Shown: positions 1-11,553 of the stretch, in pieces
Numbering within the stretch: the stretch's first letter is position 1
Layout: every line of letters starts with the position of its first letter
NCBI GenBank assembly: GCA_963740085.1
Contig: CAVUCU010000001.1
Span: forward strand, 896,001 to 960,000
Direction of reading: 5' to 3'
DNA: 64,000 nucleotides
Source of the DNA: Nitrospirota bacterium
GTDB lineage: Bacteria > Nitrospirota > UBA9217
Program-made: the position numbers and the translations under genes
Notes under the pieces: model-generated
The model's input: the letters and a program-made list of their open reading frames with translations, nothing else
Told to the model about the DNA's origin: nothing
Databases searched by the model: none

Positions 1-34
1 CCAGGAGGGCGAGGATGCCGGGGTGCAGGATCAT
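1..34 (-). CDS. 5' start of a membrane protein running off the window edge (MILHPGILALL...)
   Basis: ATG at 34 overlaps the TGA of the ABC ATPase (ATGA coupling); hydrophobic start; only 11 codons visible. Confidence 0.5.
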   Translation of the reverse strand, partial: MILHPGILALL

Positions 35-717
35 TGCTTCGCCTCCGGGTGAACGATCAGCCCGTCCCTCATCTCGATGACAGAGTCGACGGACGGCCAC
101 TCGAACACGATCGGGTCATGGCTCGCGATCAGGACCGTCCTGCCCTGGGCCTTGATCAGCGACATGCCTTCCATGAACTCACGGGACAGGACGGTATCGA
201 GATGGGCGGTCGGTTCATCCGCGATAAGCACCGCGGGGTCATTGATCAGCGCCCTGCAGATAGCGGCTCGCTGCGCCTCGCCGCCGGACAGCCATTGGAC
301 CTTCGCCCGCGCCTTGTCTTCGATCCCGAACAGGGAGAGGAGTTTGTGGGCCCGTTGGACAAGGCTGTTCCGGTCCACACCGGAAGGATAGGCGGGAAGC
401 ATCACGTTTTCGAGAACGGATATGCCTTTGATGAGATTAAAATGCTGAAAGATGAACCCGAAGGTCGTTCTTCGTATCATGGTGAGGAACCGCTCGGGCA
501 AACTCGTGATTTCCCGCCCGGACAGCAGGATCCGTCCGGCCGTCGGCCGGGTCATGCACCCGATAATGCCGAGGAGAGTGGTCTTTCCGGAGCCGCTCGG
601 TCCTTTCAGAACGGTCATTGTTCCGCGGGCTATAGTCAGATTTATCCCGTTGACCGCGGTCATCTCATGGGCCGTGTCCTCGTTAAATACCTTGCGGATA
701 TTGCTCAGCCGTATCAT
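31..717 (-). CDS. ABC transporter ATP-binding protein (LolD/MacB type)
   Basis: Walker A GPSGSGKT, signature LSGGEAQR, Walker B LIADEPT, H-loop ASHD; start placed at MIRLSN after GAGG. Confidence 0.92.
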   Translation of the reverse strand: MIRLSNIRKVFNEDTAHEMTAVNGINLTIARGTMTVLKGPSGSGKTTLLGIIGCMTRPTAGRILLSGREITSLPERFLTMIRRTTFGFIFQHFNLIKGISVLENVMLPAYPSGVDRNSLVQRAHKLLSLFGIEDKARAKVQWLSGGEAQRAAICRALINDPAVLIADEPTAHLDTVLSREFMEGMSLIKAQGRTVLIASHDPIVFEWPSVDSVIEMRDGLIVHPEAKQ

Positions 718-719
718 GC

Positions 720-1853
720 CTACCTCATCACCGAATCCGGGTCTACTGTCGCGGCCCTCCATGTGGGAACGATAACGACGACCGAGTACGGGACCACGGC
801 GAGGAAGAACAACGTCGCCATTTCCGTTCCATCAACGAACGGCGTGAGGGGGAAAGCGGGATACAAAACCGACCATCCCCGGAGAATGGGTCCAAAAAGA
901 CCGGCTGACCAGAAAAAAACATGGACGTACGCGAGCAGTATTCCGCTGAAAAATGAGAAGAGTGATATGACCGCGCCCTTCCAGAACTCCATGACCAGCA
1001 CGTCGGACGTTTCCCAGCCGATCGCCTTCAGGATCCCTATCTCCCGTTTTTCCTCCGCGCTGAGGTCCAACGACCGGTCCCAGGCGAAGATCATGAAGGC
1101 AAGGAACGCCCCGGCGATCAACACCATAATAATCGAGCTTCGCCAGCTGAAAATGGCGTCATAGGTGCGCAGGATCTCCTCCTTGAGAATGGGCCGCGCA
1201 TCGGGCAGCAACTGGACGGCCTTTTGCGCGACGGTGACCATCTCCTTTTTGTTCGGGACGGTGAGAACAATGTCGGTGCCATAGCCGGCGGGAAACCCGA
1301 AGAGTTTTCTGATGTCCTGTTCAGACATCACGATCAGGTCAGACGACACCATTTCGGATTCCGCTGGCAGGATCCCGGCCACCGTAAAAAGGATGATCTC
1401 GCCCCGGGAGGTCCTCAGGGGGAGCATGTCGCCGCTCCGGGCAAGCAGGCTTCGGGAAACCCCGTTTCCGATCATCACGGTACCCGCGGCGGGCGGATCA
1501 TCGTGCGGGGCCAGGATGGTGTAATTTGCCCCGGATATGGGATGAAAATAATAGCCCCAGAACCGGAGCCGTGAACTGGCCACACCCCGTATCTTCGACA
1601 GAACGGAAACATACTTTTGGGGTATGAGATCATGCCTGCCGGCGATCAGACGCTGCACCACGATATCGGGTGAATGCTGAAGAACAAGACCAGCCTCTCT
1701 TCTGATCGCGCTTGCATACAGCAGGACGGAACCGAGAATGAAGATGATAACCGTATAGAGCGTCACCAGGGCGAAGACCTTTGCCTTTCTTCTGATCAGC
1801 GAGGAGAGGGCGAAGTCGAGGATGCTCCGGTGCTTCTCGATCAGCCCTTTCAT
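720..1853 (-). CDS. FtsX/MacB-like ABC transporter permease
   Basis: N-terminal TM, periplasmic domain, KREIGILKAIGW motif, C-terminal TMs ending RAATVDP. Confidence 0.9.
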   Translation of the reverse strand: MKGLIEKHRSILDFALSSLIRRKAKVFALVTLYTVIIFILGSVLLYASAIRREAGLVLQHSPDIVVQRLIAGRHDLIPQKYVSVLSKIRGVASSRLRFWGYYFHPISGANYTILAPHDDPPAAGTVMIGNGVSRSLLARSGDMLPLRTSRGEIILFTVAGILPAESEMVSSDLIVMSEQDIRKLFGFPAGYGTDIVLTVPNKKEMVTVAQKAVQLLPDARPILKEEILRTYDAIFSWRSSIIMVLIAGAFLAFMIFAWDRSLDLSAEEKREIGILKAIGWETSDVLVMEFWKGAVISLFSFFSGILLAYVHVFFWSAGLFGPILRGWSVLYPAFPLTPFVDGTEMATLFFLAVVPYSVVVIVPTWRAATVDPDSVMR

Positions 1854-2173
1854 GGCGAGACCTCCTTGTTTCTTCCCGCCAAATAAGCCCGCAGGGAGAA
1901 GGAGGGCCCGACAAGAGAGCCTGAGGGAAAATGTTCGAACGACATGGGATGGTCCTGAAACGGCGAGAACAGGTCCGCTTGGCTGAGGTGTCGCGTGTAG
2001 CGGGCCTCGGTGAACAGGCAGAGATCGGTGAGTTCCAGTTGCTTTACCATGTTACCATTGCGATCGTGTCGCGGCCTGTCCTGCTTCACCCGGAAACCGG
2101 AAAAGAAGAGAAGCGAGACCACGAGCAGCGACTGGAACCCGATGATGGCAATAACCAAGGACGATTTTCGCAT
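1850..2173 (-). CDS. small membrane-anchored hypothetical protein of the NosL/ABC cluster
   Basis: N-terminal TM helix, LTDLCLFTEARYTRH segment, stop overlaps permease start. Confidence 0.7.
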   Translation of the reverse strand: MRKSSLVIAIIGFQSLLVVSLLFFSGFRVKQDRPRHDRNGNMVKQLELTDLCLFTEARYTRHLSQADLFSPFQDHPMSFEHFPSGSLVGPSFSLRAYLAGRNKEVSP

Positions 2174-2311
2174 AGCTTCCGCCTGTTCATTCTGCTGCAA
2201 CCATGAATGCTGAAACCGAGTCCGACAATAATCATGCAACATCCAAAAACCGGGCAATGAGACCGTATTCAGGGACACGCCGCCGGCGCCGGGTGTTCCG
2301 AAGCTCACCCG

Positions 2312-2815
2312 TCAGTCAAGCCCTTTGATCAGGTCGCGGTCAAGCTCCGGAAAGGTGAGCATGCGCTTACCCCGGTGGTCTTTCATAAAACCGAGGGCAT
2401 CCGACCTGCTCTTGAAGGGGACAAGTTCCCGGCCCATCGGGCCGTTCACCGTGCTTCCCTCCACATAAAAGGCTTTTTTCGCATCGATAACGTCGAGAGA
2501 ATAGTAGTCTTTTACAAAGATCGAATCGACACGCGATGCATCCTGGGAAGGGTTGTATCTCTTCATGTCGAGGAGATACTTCATCATGTCCTTGGTACCG
2601 TCGAAGGTCGCGTATGAGCCGTCCTTGAATATGATCTGCGATGACCAATCGGGATACTTTGCCGTGAACATTCCGCAAACAGGGCATTTGTCGGTCTGAG
2701 AGGGGATATGCGGCATCTGCCCGGCGGGCAGCTCCGAGGCTGACATCCCTGCCAAACAGATGGCGCTCAACAAAAAAACACGCGCAGTCTTATAATTCAT
2801 AATTTTCATTCTCAT
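2312..2815 (-). CDS. NosL family (copper chaperone-like) protein
   Basis: Signal peptide, CPVCGM, DAKKAFYVEGS..GPMGRELVPF, FMKDHRG motifs. Confidence 0.88.
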   Translation of the reverse strand: MRMKIMNYKTARVFLLSAICLAGMSASELPAGQMPHIPSQTDKCPVCGMFTAKYPDWSSQIIFKDGSYATFDGTKDMMKYLLDMKRYNPSQDASRVDSIFVKDYYSLDVIDAKKAFYVEGSTVNGPMGRELVPFKSRSDALGFMKDHRGKRMLTFPELDRDLIKGLD

Positions 2816-3271
2816 TTCTTAAGTTGTTTCAAGAGTGGTCTTGTCCGAGTGGCCTGGCGTTTTTTTTGGGCAGCTCATCACTCGGCTGCGCAGCATGCCT
2901 GACATAATACAGTGTCTCTGCCCGATATGCAGGACTCGCAGCACTCCACCCGCGCCCGACAAGCCGGGCACGGCCGTGTCTGCCTTGTCTTGTTCTCGTC
3001 CCTACGATCTGTGCAGCATTGCTATGCGCATCTTTCGCGTCAGAGCTACCCGTCGCAGGGAAAGGCAAAATCAAAAAGCTTTACCCCAACCCGGCACGTT
3101 CCCGAAGCGGCCCTTACGATATTTTTGGGCGCCCGTCTTGGCCTAAGGAAGCGTCTCACAGGGCGAACGCGCAACCCGCACAAAAACCCGGAATATACAA
3201 ATATATAATAAGCATGCGCCAAGTCAAAATGCAACCGATAAATTGCCGCAGGCCCAAGCGTCGGAAAAGGT

Positions 3272-3556
3272 TTACGATGGTGCGTTCCTCTTGCATCCTT
3301 CGGGTATCGGAACGCCGAGTGCGGCACAAAGCTTTTTTACCTCATTGAACGAGCATCGATCGGCGGATTCCAGAAGCGCCAGGTGTTCAGGATCAACACC
3401 CGCCTTCCGTGCCAAGGCTTCATTCGAAAGCCCCTGTTCCGCGATCGCAGAGAAGACCCTCGCTGTCGTCGGGCATATCGTGCATTGGTCCCGGTAGCGT
3501 TCGAGGAACTCAGGATCAGCGCACTTGTCCCTGAGATAGGTTCTGAAGGTCTTCAT
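3272..3556 (-). CDS. HTH-XRE antitoxin (HigA-like), Cys-rich
   Basis: GLSNEALARKAGV HTH; follows the toxin with ATGA overlap. Confidence 0.75.
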   Translation of the reverse strand: MKTFRTYLRDKCADPEFLERYRDQCTICPTTARVFSAIAEQGLSNEALARKAGVDPEHLALLESADRCSFNEVKKLCAALGVPIPEGCKRNAPS

Positions 3557-3933
3557 GATCTGTATTTCTCCAGGTCGCCGCGGCCAACGCGATGCAGAAA
3601 TTTCTCGCGGTATTGACGTGTTTCCCGGATGTAGGCTTCGGGGACCTTGCTCGAATTCTTTCGGAGCGCGCGGTACACAACGATATAGGTCTCGAAGCAG
3701 AAAAAATAGAGTAAGCGCATATGGTCGCCGGAGAGGCTGACCCTCAGTTCGTGAATGCCGTCCTCAAGGAGGTCCGCATAGGGCCGGGGCAGCGTGGGAC
3801 CCATCTCCTCCAGCAGTTCGAGGAAATGGAGCACCTTCACCTGATGCTCGGAACTGCACGAATCGAGAAAATCCGAGACCGGGCAGGGTTTCATGAAGGG
3901 ATCGCAAAAGAGGACGCTCCATTTCTTTGTCAT
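3553..3933 (-). CDS. RelE/HigB-family (Gp49-like) toxin
   Basis: GPTLPRPYADLLEDGIHELRV, RLLYFF, KNSSKVP; start at MTKKWSV. Confidence 0.82.
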   Translation of the reverse strand: MTKKWSVLFCDPFMKPCPVSDFLDSCSSEHQVKVLHFLELLEEMGPTLPRPYADLLEDGIHELRVSLSGDHMRLLYFFCFETYIVVYRALRKNSSKVPEAYIRETRQYREKFLHRVGRGDLEKYRS

Positions 3934-4043
3934 GAGGAGAACTCCAGGACCAGGTCCTTTCAGGATGAGGTGAGCTCCGGCGACCGCAGTTTCACGGTAT
4001 TGTTCAGGGACGCCCCGGTAACGAGTGTGGTCAAACAAAATAA

Positions 4044-4079
4044 GAGCGGCAGCTACCCGATGAATAGGTGCTGCCGCTC
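4044..4079 (-). terminator. intrinsic terminator after the 304-aa periplasmic gene
   Basis: GAGCGGCAGC/GCTGCCGCTC stem followed by a T-rich tract on the minus strand. Confidence 0.7.
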
Positions 4080-4098
4080 GAGGAGCAATTCGAACCCG

Positions 4099-5013
4099 CT
4101 ACTTTTTCTCTTTGTCAACGGACACAACTTCCGTCAGCGCGTCCTTGATCGCTCCCGGTGCGCTCATGATGGACATGAAGCTGTGGCTGCCCATCATGCT
4201 GAGGTCCGGAAAACTGATGGCGATGCGAAACTTGGCGTAGAGGTGATATACCGTGTTCCCCGACACCAGTATCTCATAAGGAAGGTGGGCCGTCGACTTG
4301 ATGTCGCCGAAGTCGATATAGTCCATGATATATTTGTCCGCGCCTTTTCCCTTGGTCATCGCGACGCCGAAGACCGTTTCGTCCTTACCCGGTATATCAA
4401 CGCGGTACACCTTGGTCACCCCTGCCTTACCTGCGGCAAGGCCCGCTTCGACGGCGTTCACCGCCTCCTGATAGGTTTTAAACTTGGCAAGCTCATGATC
4501 GCCAAGCGTGTCGAACTTGGCCATGCCAAACATGTAGTGGTAGTTTCTCAGCTGTTTTTCCGTGAGCCCCTTCTCGGAACCGAATTCCTTCTGTTTGCCC
4601 AGGGCCGCCTCGAGCTTTGCCTTCACGTCTTCCAGGTTATCCTTCAACCGAAAAGCCGCCGCCCAATAAGGAGGATTGGTAAATGATACCTGGATCTTGT
4701 CCTTTACCTTCGTGACTGCCACGCGCTCGACAGCTCCGTATCCGCCGAAATCGCTTTTTGCCGCGTTGGACTTCAAGGCGTCGCTGGTCACGATGACCAC
4801 GGTGGCACTTGGATAGGGTGAGTAGGCGCCGACCACTTCGAACCCCTGTGCCTGCAAGGCCGTCTTGACATCGGCAACTACCTGGGCCGGGTCGGTCTTC
4901 TGGGGTTCAGAGCCGAGAATAAAAGGCTTCAGTCCCTCTGCCCGGGCCAGGGATATGTTCGTGATGAGTACCGCACCTGCCGCTACCAGACCGATTACTG
5001 TACGCAGTTTCAT
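4099..5013 (-). CDS. exported hypothetical protein
   Basis: Signal peptide ending ARA, RBS AAGGAG, 304-aa ORF; no catalytic motif recognised. Confidence 0.8.
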   Translation of the reverse strand: MKLRTVIGLVAAGAVLITNISLARAEGLKPFILGSEPQKTDPAQVVADVKTALQAQGFEVVGAYSPYPSATVVIVTSDALKSNAAKSDFGGYGAVERVAVTKVKDKIQVSFTNPPYWAAAFRLKDNLEDVKAKLEAALGKQKEFGSEKGLTEKQLRNYHYMFGMAKFDTLGDHELAKFKTYQEAVNAVEAGLAAGKAGVTKVYRVDIPGKDETVFGVAMTKGKGADKYIMDYIDFGDIKSTAHLPYEILVSGNTVYHLYAKFRIAISFPDLSMMGSHSFMSIMSAPGAIKDALTEVVSVDKEKK

Positions 5014-5321
5014 AGGTTTCTCCTTATTTTTTGCTGACCTCTCCGGTCAGGTTTGAAATATCAGGCATACGAGTGGGGGCTTCGCAACAAACTCGGGAAG
5101 TCGTGACCGCCCATGCATCGAACATTATGACAATATCACAAAATGGAGCGAAATGAAAGATTATCTACAGTATTGTTCGTGGAGGGCGCCGGCATTTGCC
5201 GACCCTTTGAAGTATTCTCTTAACATGCCATTTCAGGCTCACTGAGCAGGCAGTGTCGTGCACGTGTCGTGGTGACGCTCTTCATCAGCAAGGATAGCCC
5301 ATGCATACTGTTATGCCACGA

Positions 5322-7529
<2,208 letters not shown>

Positions 7530-7634
7530 TTACCTTGATTTTATCGATCCAACCGGATCGTGACTGTACCGTGGCGCCGCTCCTCGTCAGTGAAGCGCTT
7601 ATGATAATGACGAGATCGTAGGAACTGAGAATTA

Positions 7635-7713
7635 ACCACTGAGGCACAGAGGACTCGGAGAAAAACCTTTTCAATTCGATCCGCTTTTCTCTGTGTCTCA
7701 GCGTCTCCGTGGT
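7635..7713. repeat. REP-like inverted repeat element (ACCAC.GAG.CAC.GAG...CTC.GTG.CTC.GTGGT family)
   Basis: Imperfect long hairpin; relatives at 41919, 45751, 46830, 49968, 50928. Confidence 0.7.
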
Positions 7714-7745
7714 GGATTTCATCTTTCTTATGAATTCATCAATGA

Positions 7746-8195
7746 TCAACCTGCACGTTTTCGGCGGCACTCTTTACAATATCCATAACATTCGAATCTC
7801 ATAGCCACAGGCTGAAAGTCTGTCTTCTGCTGTATCTGCGAGTACGAGAGCGGGATGCCGCCGGGAAGATCTTCTATCTTGCCGCACTTTTTGCAGATAA
7901 GATTTATATGGTTCATCACATTGACATCATACCGGTTGTCACGATCATAGAACTCAAGTTCTTGTATCAAGCCCTCTTTTTTCAGAATTTCTAATGTATA
8001 ATAAACTGTTGACATACTGACCCGTGGCACTGTTTTTCTGATCTTCTTCAATATATCAGCGGCTCCGGGATGCGACATGTCCTTTGACAGCAGGCTGATG
8101 ATCGCGCGTCTCTGAGGGGTCAGCTTATACCCCTTCGCGCGGAGGCCTTTCTCGAGTGACGCTTGAATTTCCTGAGCTTTTGGAGAATTTCTCAT
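7746..8195 (-). CDS. Fur family transcriptional repressor, PerR-like
   Basis: TPQRRAI, HPGA, STVYYTL, two CxxC motifs; directly upstream of katG. Confidence 0.9.
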   Translation of the reverse strand: MRNSPKAQEIQASLEKGLRAKGYKLTPQRRAIISLLSKDMSHPGAADILKKIRKTVPRVSMSTVYYTLEILKKEGLIQELEFYDRDNRYDVNVMNHINLICKKCGKIEDLPGGIPLSYSQIQQKTDFQPVAMRFECYGYCKECRRKRAG

Positions 8196-8207
8196 ACAAG
8201 AGTATTA

Positions 8208-8239
8208 TCAGGAATGATTCCTAATTAGAATAACTATAA
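8208..8239. promoter_or_regulatory. candidate PerR/Fur operator
   Basis: AGGAATgATTCCT palindrome plus TTAGAATAACTATAA (8225-8239), close to the PerR box TTATAATnATTATAA. Confidence 0.55.
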
Positions 8240-8637
8240 ACGAGGCGGCGCCATTTGTCAAATATGTTTTCAGGATTATCATAATGACACGCTCACAAAA
8301 AGTCATTCTCATACAGAGCCCGCAAAGGTCGCCCGGAAGAAATGCAGCGATCATCAAGGCAGGATTGAAATCATCAAATAGGGATCACAGGAGTATGATA
8401 AATTTTAAATCAAGTACAAGGAGGCAGGATATGTCATCGAGAATCTTGAGACAATCAGAAGCGGTGAGAGCGAATGTCGCCGTTTCGCCGAAGCATCCTG
8501 AGACGCTGCACTACAACGGGCGACGGTGTGTCCATGGTCATAGGCGAGATTATCAGCCGAAAGAAACTGTTCCGGCCGAGGATCTCCGTCTTGGCCTGGC
8601 TGATGGCGTTAACGATAGCTTCGGTCAGGCGCCATGA

Positions 8638-8720
8638 GAGGGCTTGGAGGGGAATAGCACAAATTTAGCACAGTCAAAAGAAAAAGGAGCTACCGGAAAC
8701 CGGTAACTCCTGTAATTTGA
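8638..8720 (+). pseudogene. C-terminal remnant of a tyrosine integrase and element end (third element)
   Basis: Reads EGLEGNSTNLAQSKEKGATGNR*, similar to the end of the 14728-15798 integrase (FGTILEQSKEKELQLAP*), at the same position relative to the att copy. Confidence 0.6.
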
Positions 8721-8764
8721 TGGCGTCCCCAAGGGGATTCGAACCCCTGTTATCGCCGTGAAAG
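8721..8764 (-). repeat. att site: 44-bp copy of the tRNA-Glu 3' end
   Basis: Identical to 30630-30673 and 15812-15855. Confidence 0.95.
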
Positions 8765-8923
8765 TCCGTCGGGACGAAAAACGTAACCCCTGAGAGTTAG
8801 CCTGGTTTCCCGTTTTGTCTTGGCAATCAAGGGGTTTTAGAATTGCAGAAATTATGCCGATTATGCTGATTACGCCCGTTTTGATAAATTTTGGACCAAT
8901 TTTGGAACAGTAAAAATCTCTTG

Positions 8924-9106
8924 TTATCGCAGATCAGCAGCGATAACCGGATTGCCGCCGTTCGCATTTGCCACGTTCCGCTGGGCAAGTAGAAAAAGTT
9001 CGCGGTTCCCCTCTTCCATCGCCGCGTTGAGATAAGCTGCAGCTTCGCGGGGGTCCTTCAAATCTTCGATCAGGTCTTCCTGGTAAGTTGTCGTTCTCTT
9101 AGCCAT
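8924..9106 (-). pseudogene. truncated addiction-module antidote protein (HI1420-like)
   Basis: EDLKDPREAAAYLNAAMEEG..LFLLA N-terminus; the HTH between GG and GNP is missing. Confidence 0.65.
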
Positions 9107-9117
9107 ATCTCACCCTA

Positions 9118-9444
9118 TCACGCAAAAAGCACCGACACGTGGCCGCTCCTCCGCGTCCGGGTCGCCGGCTTGACGACGATCTGCACGTCACGGCCCAGAA
9201 GAGTCAGGCACTCAACCATCTTGGTTTCTGAGATGCCGCGGAAACGCCCCCGCAACATATTGGACAGCTTAGGTTGAGGCATGCCGAGAAGTGTCGAAGC
9301 CTGGGTTTGCGTCAGCTTGCGAAATTTGATGATTTCGGCGATTTTGGTTGCAAGCTGCGCCTTGACCAGCATCTCGTCCGCGTTCGCTGCGCCGAGATCG
9401 GCATATACATTCATGCTTCCTTTTTCAATTTTGCTCATGTTCAT
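9118..9444 (-). CDS. HigA-like XRE HTH antitoxin
   Basis: NVYADLG, LVKAQLA, LTQTQASTLLGMPQPKLS, LGRDVQIVV. Confidence 0.88.
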   Translation of the reverse strand: MNMSKIEKGSMNVYADLGAANADEMLVKAQLATKIAEIIKFRKLTQTQASTLLGMPQPKLSNMLRGRFRGISETKMVECLTLLGRDVQIVVKPATRTRRSGHVSVLFA

Positions 9445-9785
9445 ACTCCTTCCGAATGCTGGCGGGCCAATTTCAGCCTCGCCTCGATCATGTCTTTATC
9501 CTGTTTTGACGTTTCAATGCCCTTGCGGGATTTCTTCTGGAAGCAATGCAGCACATAGACGCCATTGCTGAATTTAACGGTATACACCGAGCGATAGGTA
9601 CTGCCGTCGTAATCTTCCACAACCTCAAGCACTCCTGCCGACCCGAAACCCTTGAGTGGCTTGGCTTGCTGATGCTTATGGCCGTTCTGAGCCAAATACA
9701 ACGCATAGCCGACAACATCAACCACAGGTGCCGGCATTTCCATAAGATCTTTCTTGGATGATCCTACCCAGAACAGGGGTTTCAA
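9441..9785 (-). CDS. HigB/RelE-like (Gp49 family) toxin
   Basis: WVGSSKKDL, KPLKGFG, GVLEVVE, TYRSVY, VLHCFQKKS. Confidence 0.9.
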   Translation of the reverse strand: MKPLFWVGSSKKDLMEMPAPVVDVVGYALYLAQNGHKHQQAKPLKGFGSAGVLEVVEDYDGSTYRSVYTVKFSNGVYVLHCFQKKSRKGIETSKQDKDMIEARLKLARQHSEGV

Positions 9786-9807
9786 GTCTTCTTTTCTCCT
9801 GCCACTA

Positions 9808-9827
9808 TTATACCCAAATGGGTATAA
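9808..9827. promoter_or_regulatory. probable HigA operator
   Basis: Palindrome TTATACCCA-AA-TGGGTATAA just upstream of the toxin gene. Confidence 0.6.
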
Positions 9828-9984
9828 AAAGCAAGTCTAATATCCCTCCGGCAGCAGGACTGTGAAGCCCTCATATTCCGAGAAGCAGGGCCATAGTGTA
9901 ACGGTCGTAGTGTGCGTCTGAACCGAGTGTTTGGCGATCACTTTTCGTTTTTCTTCATTCTGGCTTTGGGCTAGAATCAGCGTC

Positions 9985-10614
9985 ATGAATTTTGAGTCTG
10001 TTATTAATGCCATGAACTGCCTTCTGGCAGAAAAGCAACCTCAGCTATTTAATCGTACATGGGTACGAGTAAATGCCCCTTGCGTTTATCGTTTCATTCA
10101 AAAGGAAATTAGAATTGAAAATGGCGGCATAGACTGGGATCGTATTACCCGTGCCTTAAACCCTAAATTTCAAAAGCAATGGATCGGGTCTCTTCGTAAG
10201 AAAACAAAACCGTATCGGAACAAGGCCGAGGTCGATATTGTTCTGCAACAATACAGCAACAAACTTTATACATTCATCACCTCAGCGGACAAAAATGACG
10301 AATATATACGGGACATCATCAGCATTGCGCTTGTGAGAATCGCTCAAAAGGGAAATATTTCAGCCAAGCAAGAGATTAGCAAGTTGCTGAGCTACACGAT
10401 CGACGACTGGATTGAAAGAAATTCCAAACTATCCTGCTGGAGGGGATATGATCCATTAATTCAGACCCGGCTTGAGTGCTGCATACGTTGTTACCGATAT
10501 TCAGGGTCATTCATGCGCTACGTCTTCAAAACGCTTGAATATGCGGGCAGAGGGTTAAAACCCCTAATTGCTTATTCTTTGGACGACCCCATACATTACG
10601 GAAATAGGAGCTGA
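9985..10614 (+). CDS. hypothetical protein; C-terminal half resembles sigma-70 region 2
   Basis: 209-aa ORF from ATG 9985; LVRIAQKGNISAKQEI and SFMRYVFKTL segments. Confidence 0.7.
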   Translation: MNFESVINAMNCLLAEKQPQLFNRTWVRVNAPCVYRFIQKEIRIENGGIDWDRITRALNPKFQKQWIGSLRKKTKPYRNKAEVDIVLQQYSNKLYTFITSADKNDEYIRDIISIALVRIAQKGNISAKQEISKLLSYTIDDWIERNSKLSCWRGYDPLIQTRLECCIRCYRYSGSFMRYVFKTLEYAGRGLKPLIAYSLDDPIHYGNRS

Positions 10615-10758
10615 GTGGATAGGTAGTGGTGCCACGTTGGGCGAACGCTGCACTCTCCAGGTAACTTCTATAAAGAGAAGTCAGTGGCCGGCTATTGGGT
10701 TGAATGGCAGAAGGACAGGAAGGGATTGCTGTATGACAGCACAGCTTGATGTCGGCCA

Positions 10759-11175
10759 TTATTCGACTGTCAGATACTTGAAATCGTACACTTCGCTAAT
10801 GAGCTTAAAGTCTTTTTCGTTCTTCGTGATAAGGACCGCGCCCGTATCACGTACTGATACCGCGATAAGGATGTCCGCCAGAAGTCCTTTTATCCGCTCT
10901 CGGTCGATTTTCTTGTCCCTTCTCAGTTTCATCATGATCTCGCCACAGGTGAACCATTGACGCTCAGTAACTGAAACGACGGTGAAGTTACGTGCAATCT
11001 GATCAAGAAGCTTTTGCTCCTTCGGATCGAAAGCCCCGGCGAGCAGTTCCATCAGCACTACTGAACTGAAAGCGACATGATAATAGCGCGTGAGATTCAG
11101 AAAGGCTTCTTGCACCGTTTCTTTTCTGAAATGCTCAATGAGAAAAGAAGTATCGGGAACCGCCTTCGGTTTCAA
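10759..11175 (-). CDS. VapC/PIN domain toxin
   Basis: PDTSFLI, SSVVLMEL, ADILIA, ITKNEKDF acidic PIN residues. Confidence 0.9.
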   Translation of the reverse strand: MKPKAVPDTSFLIEHFRKETVQEAFLNLTRYYHVAFSSVVLMELLAGAFDPKEQKLLDQIARNFTVVSVTERQWFTCGEIMMKLRRDKKIDRERIKGLLADILIAVSVRDTGAVLITKNEKDFKLISEVYDFKYLTVE

Positions 11176-11369
11176 TTGAGACCCTCAAACTTGAACTTGC
11201 CGGCAGTCTGCTCGATAAACTTTCTCATCTTCTCCTGGTAGATAACCTCGGAAAGCGCTGTTTCGATTGCCTCGGTCTCCGTCTTGGAGCCGAGTATCTT
11301 CTGGGCGCTCTTGATCATTGTTTTATCCAGTCTGAAATGCTTGGCGGTTTTTTTCGTTGCGGTCTGCAT
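11172..11369 (-). CDS. VapB-like antitoxin
   Basis: RLDKTMIKSAQKILGSKTETEAIETAL; RBS AAGGAGG; overlaps vapC start. Confidence 0.82.
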   Translation of the reverse strand: MQTATKKTAKHFRLDKTMIKSAQKILGSKTETEAIETALSEVIYQEKMRKFIEQTAGKFKFEGLN

Positions 11370-11553
11370 GGCCCCTCCTTTATACATGTATATACATTAT
11401 ACTATTATGTGGCTACAAGTCAAGAGGAATCTATTTCGATCCTCCGAGGTTGCCAAGGGTAAAGAAACGACCCTTTTCCATTGAATGGTTCTGAACCAAC
11501 CTCAAGACTGTTATCCGGATCAATGAATAGCTGGTCACAATTCGGAAAAAACT

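Noticed and set aside
34-1164. 376-aa plus-strand ORF (also 3721-4686, 5301-6143, 6294-7052)
   Set aside because: Antisense shadows of well-supported minus-strand genes; no recognisable motifs
2829-3260. Possible riboswitch or small genes upstream of nosL
   Set aside because: No match to a known RNA motif by eye; overlapping short ORFs lack RBS or protein-like features
8431-8637. 68-aa ORF behind AAGGAGG
   Set aside because: Good RBS but no recognisable protein; region looks like a patchwork of remnants
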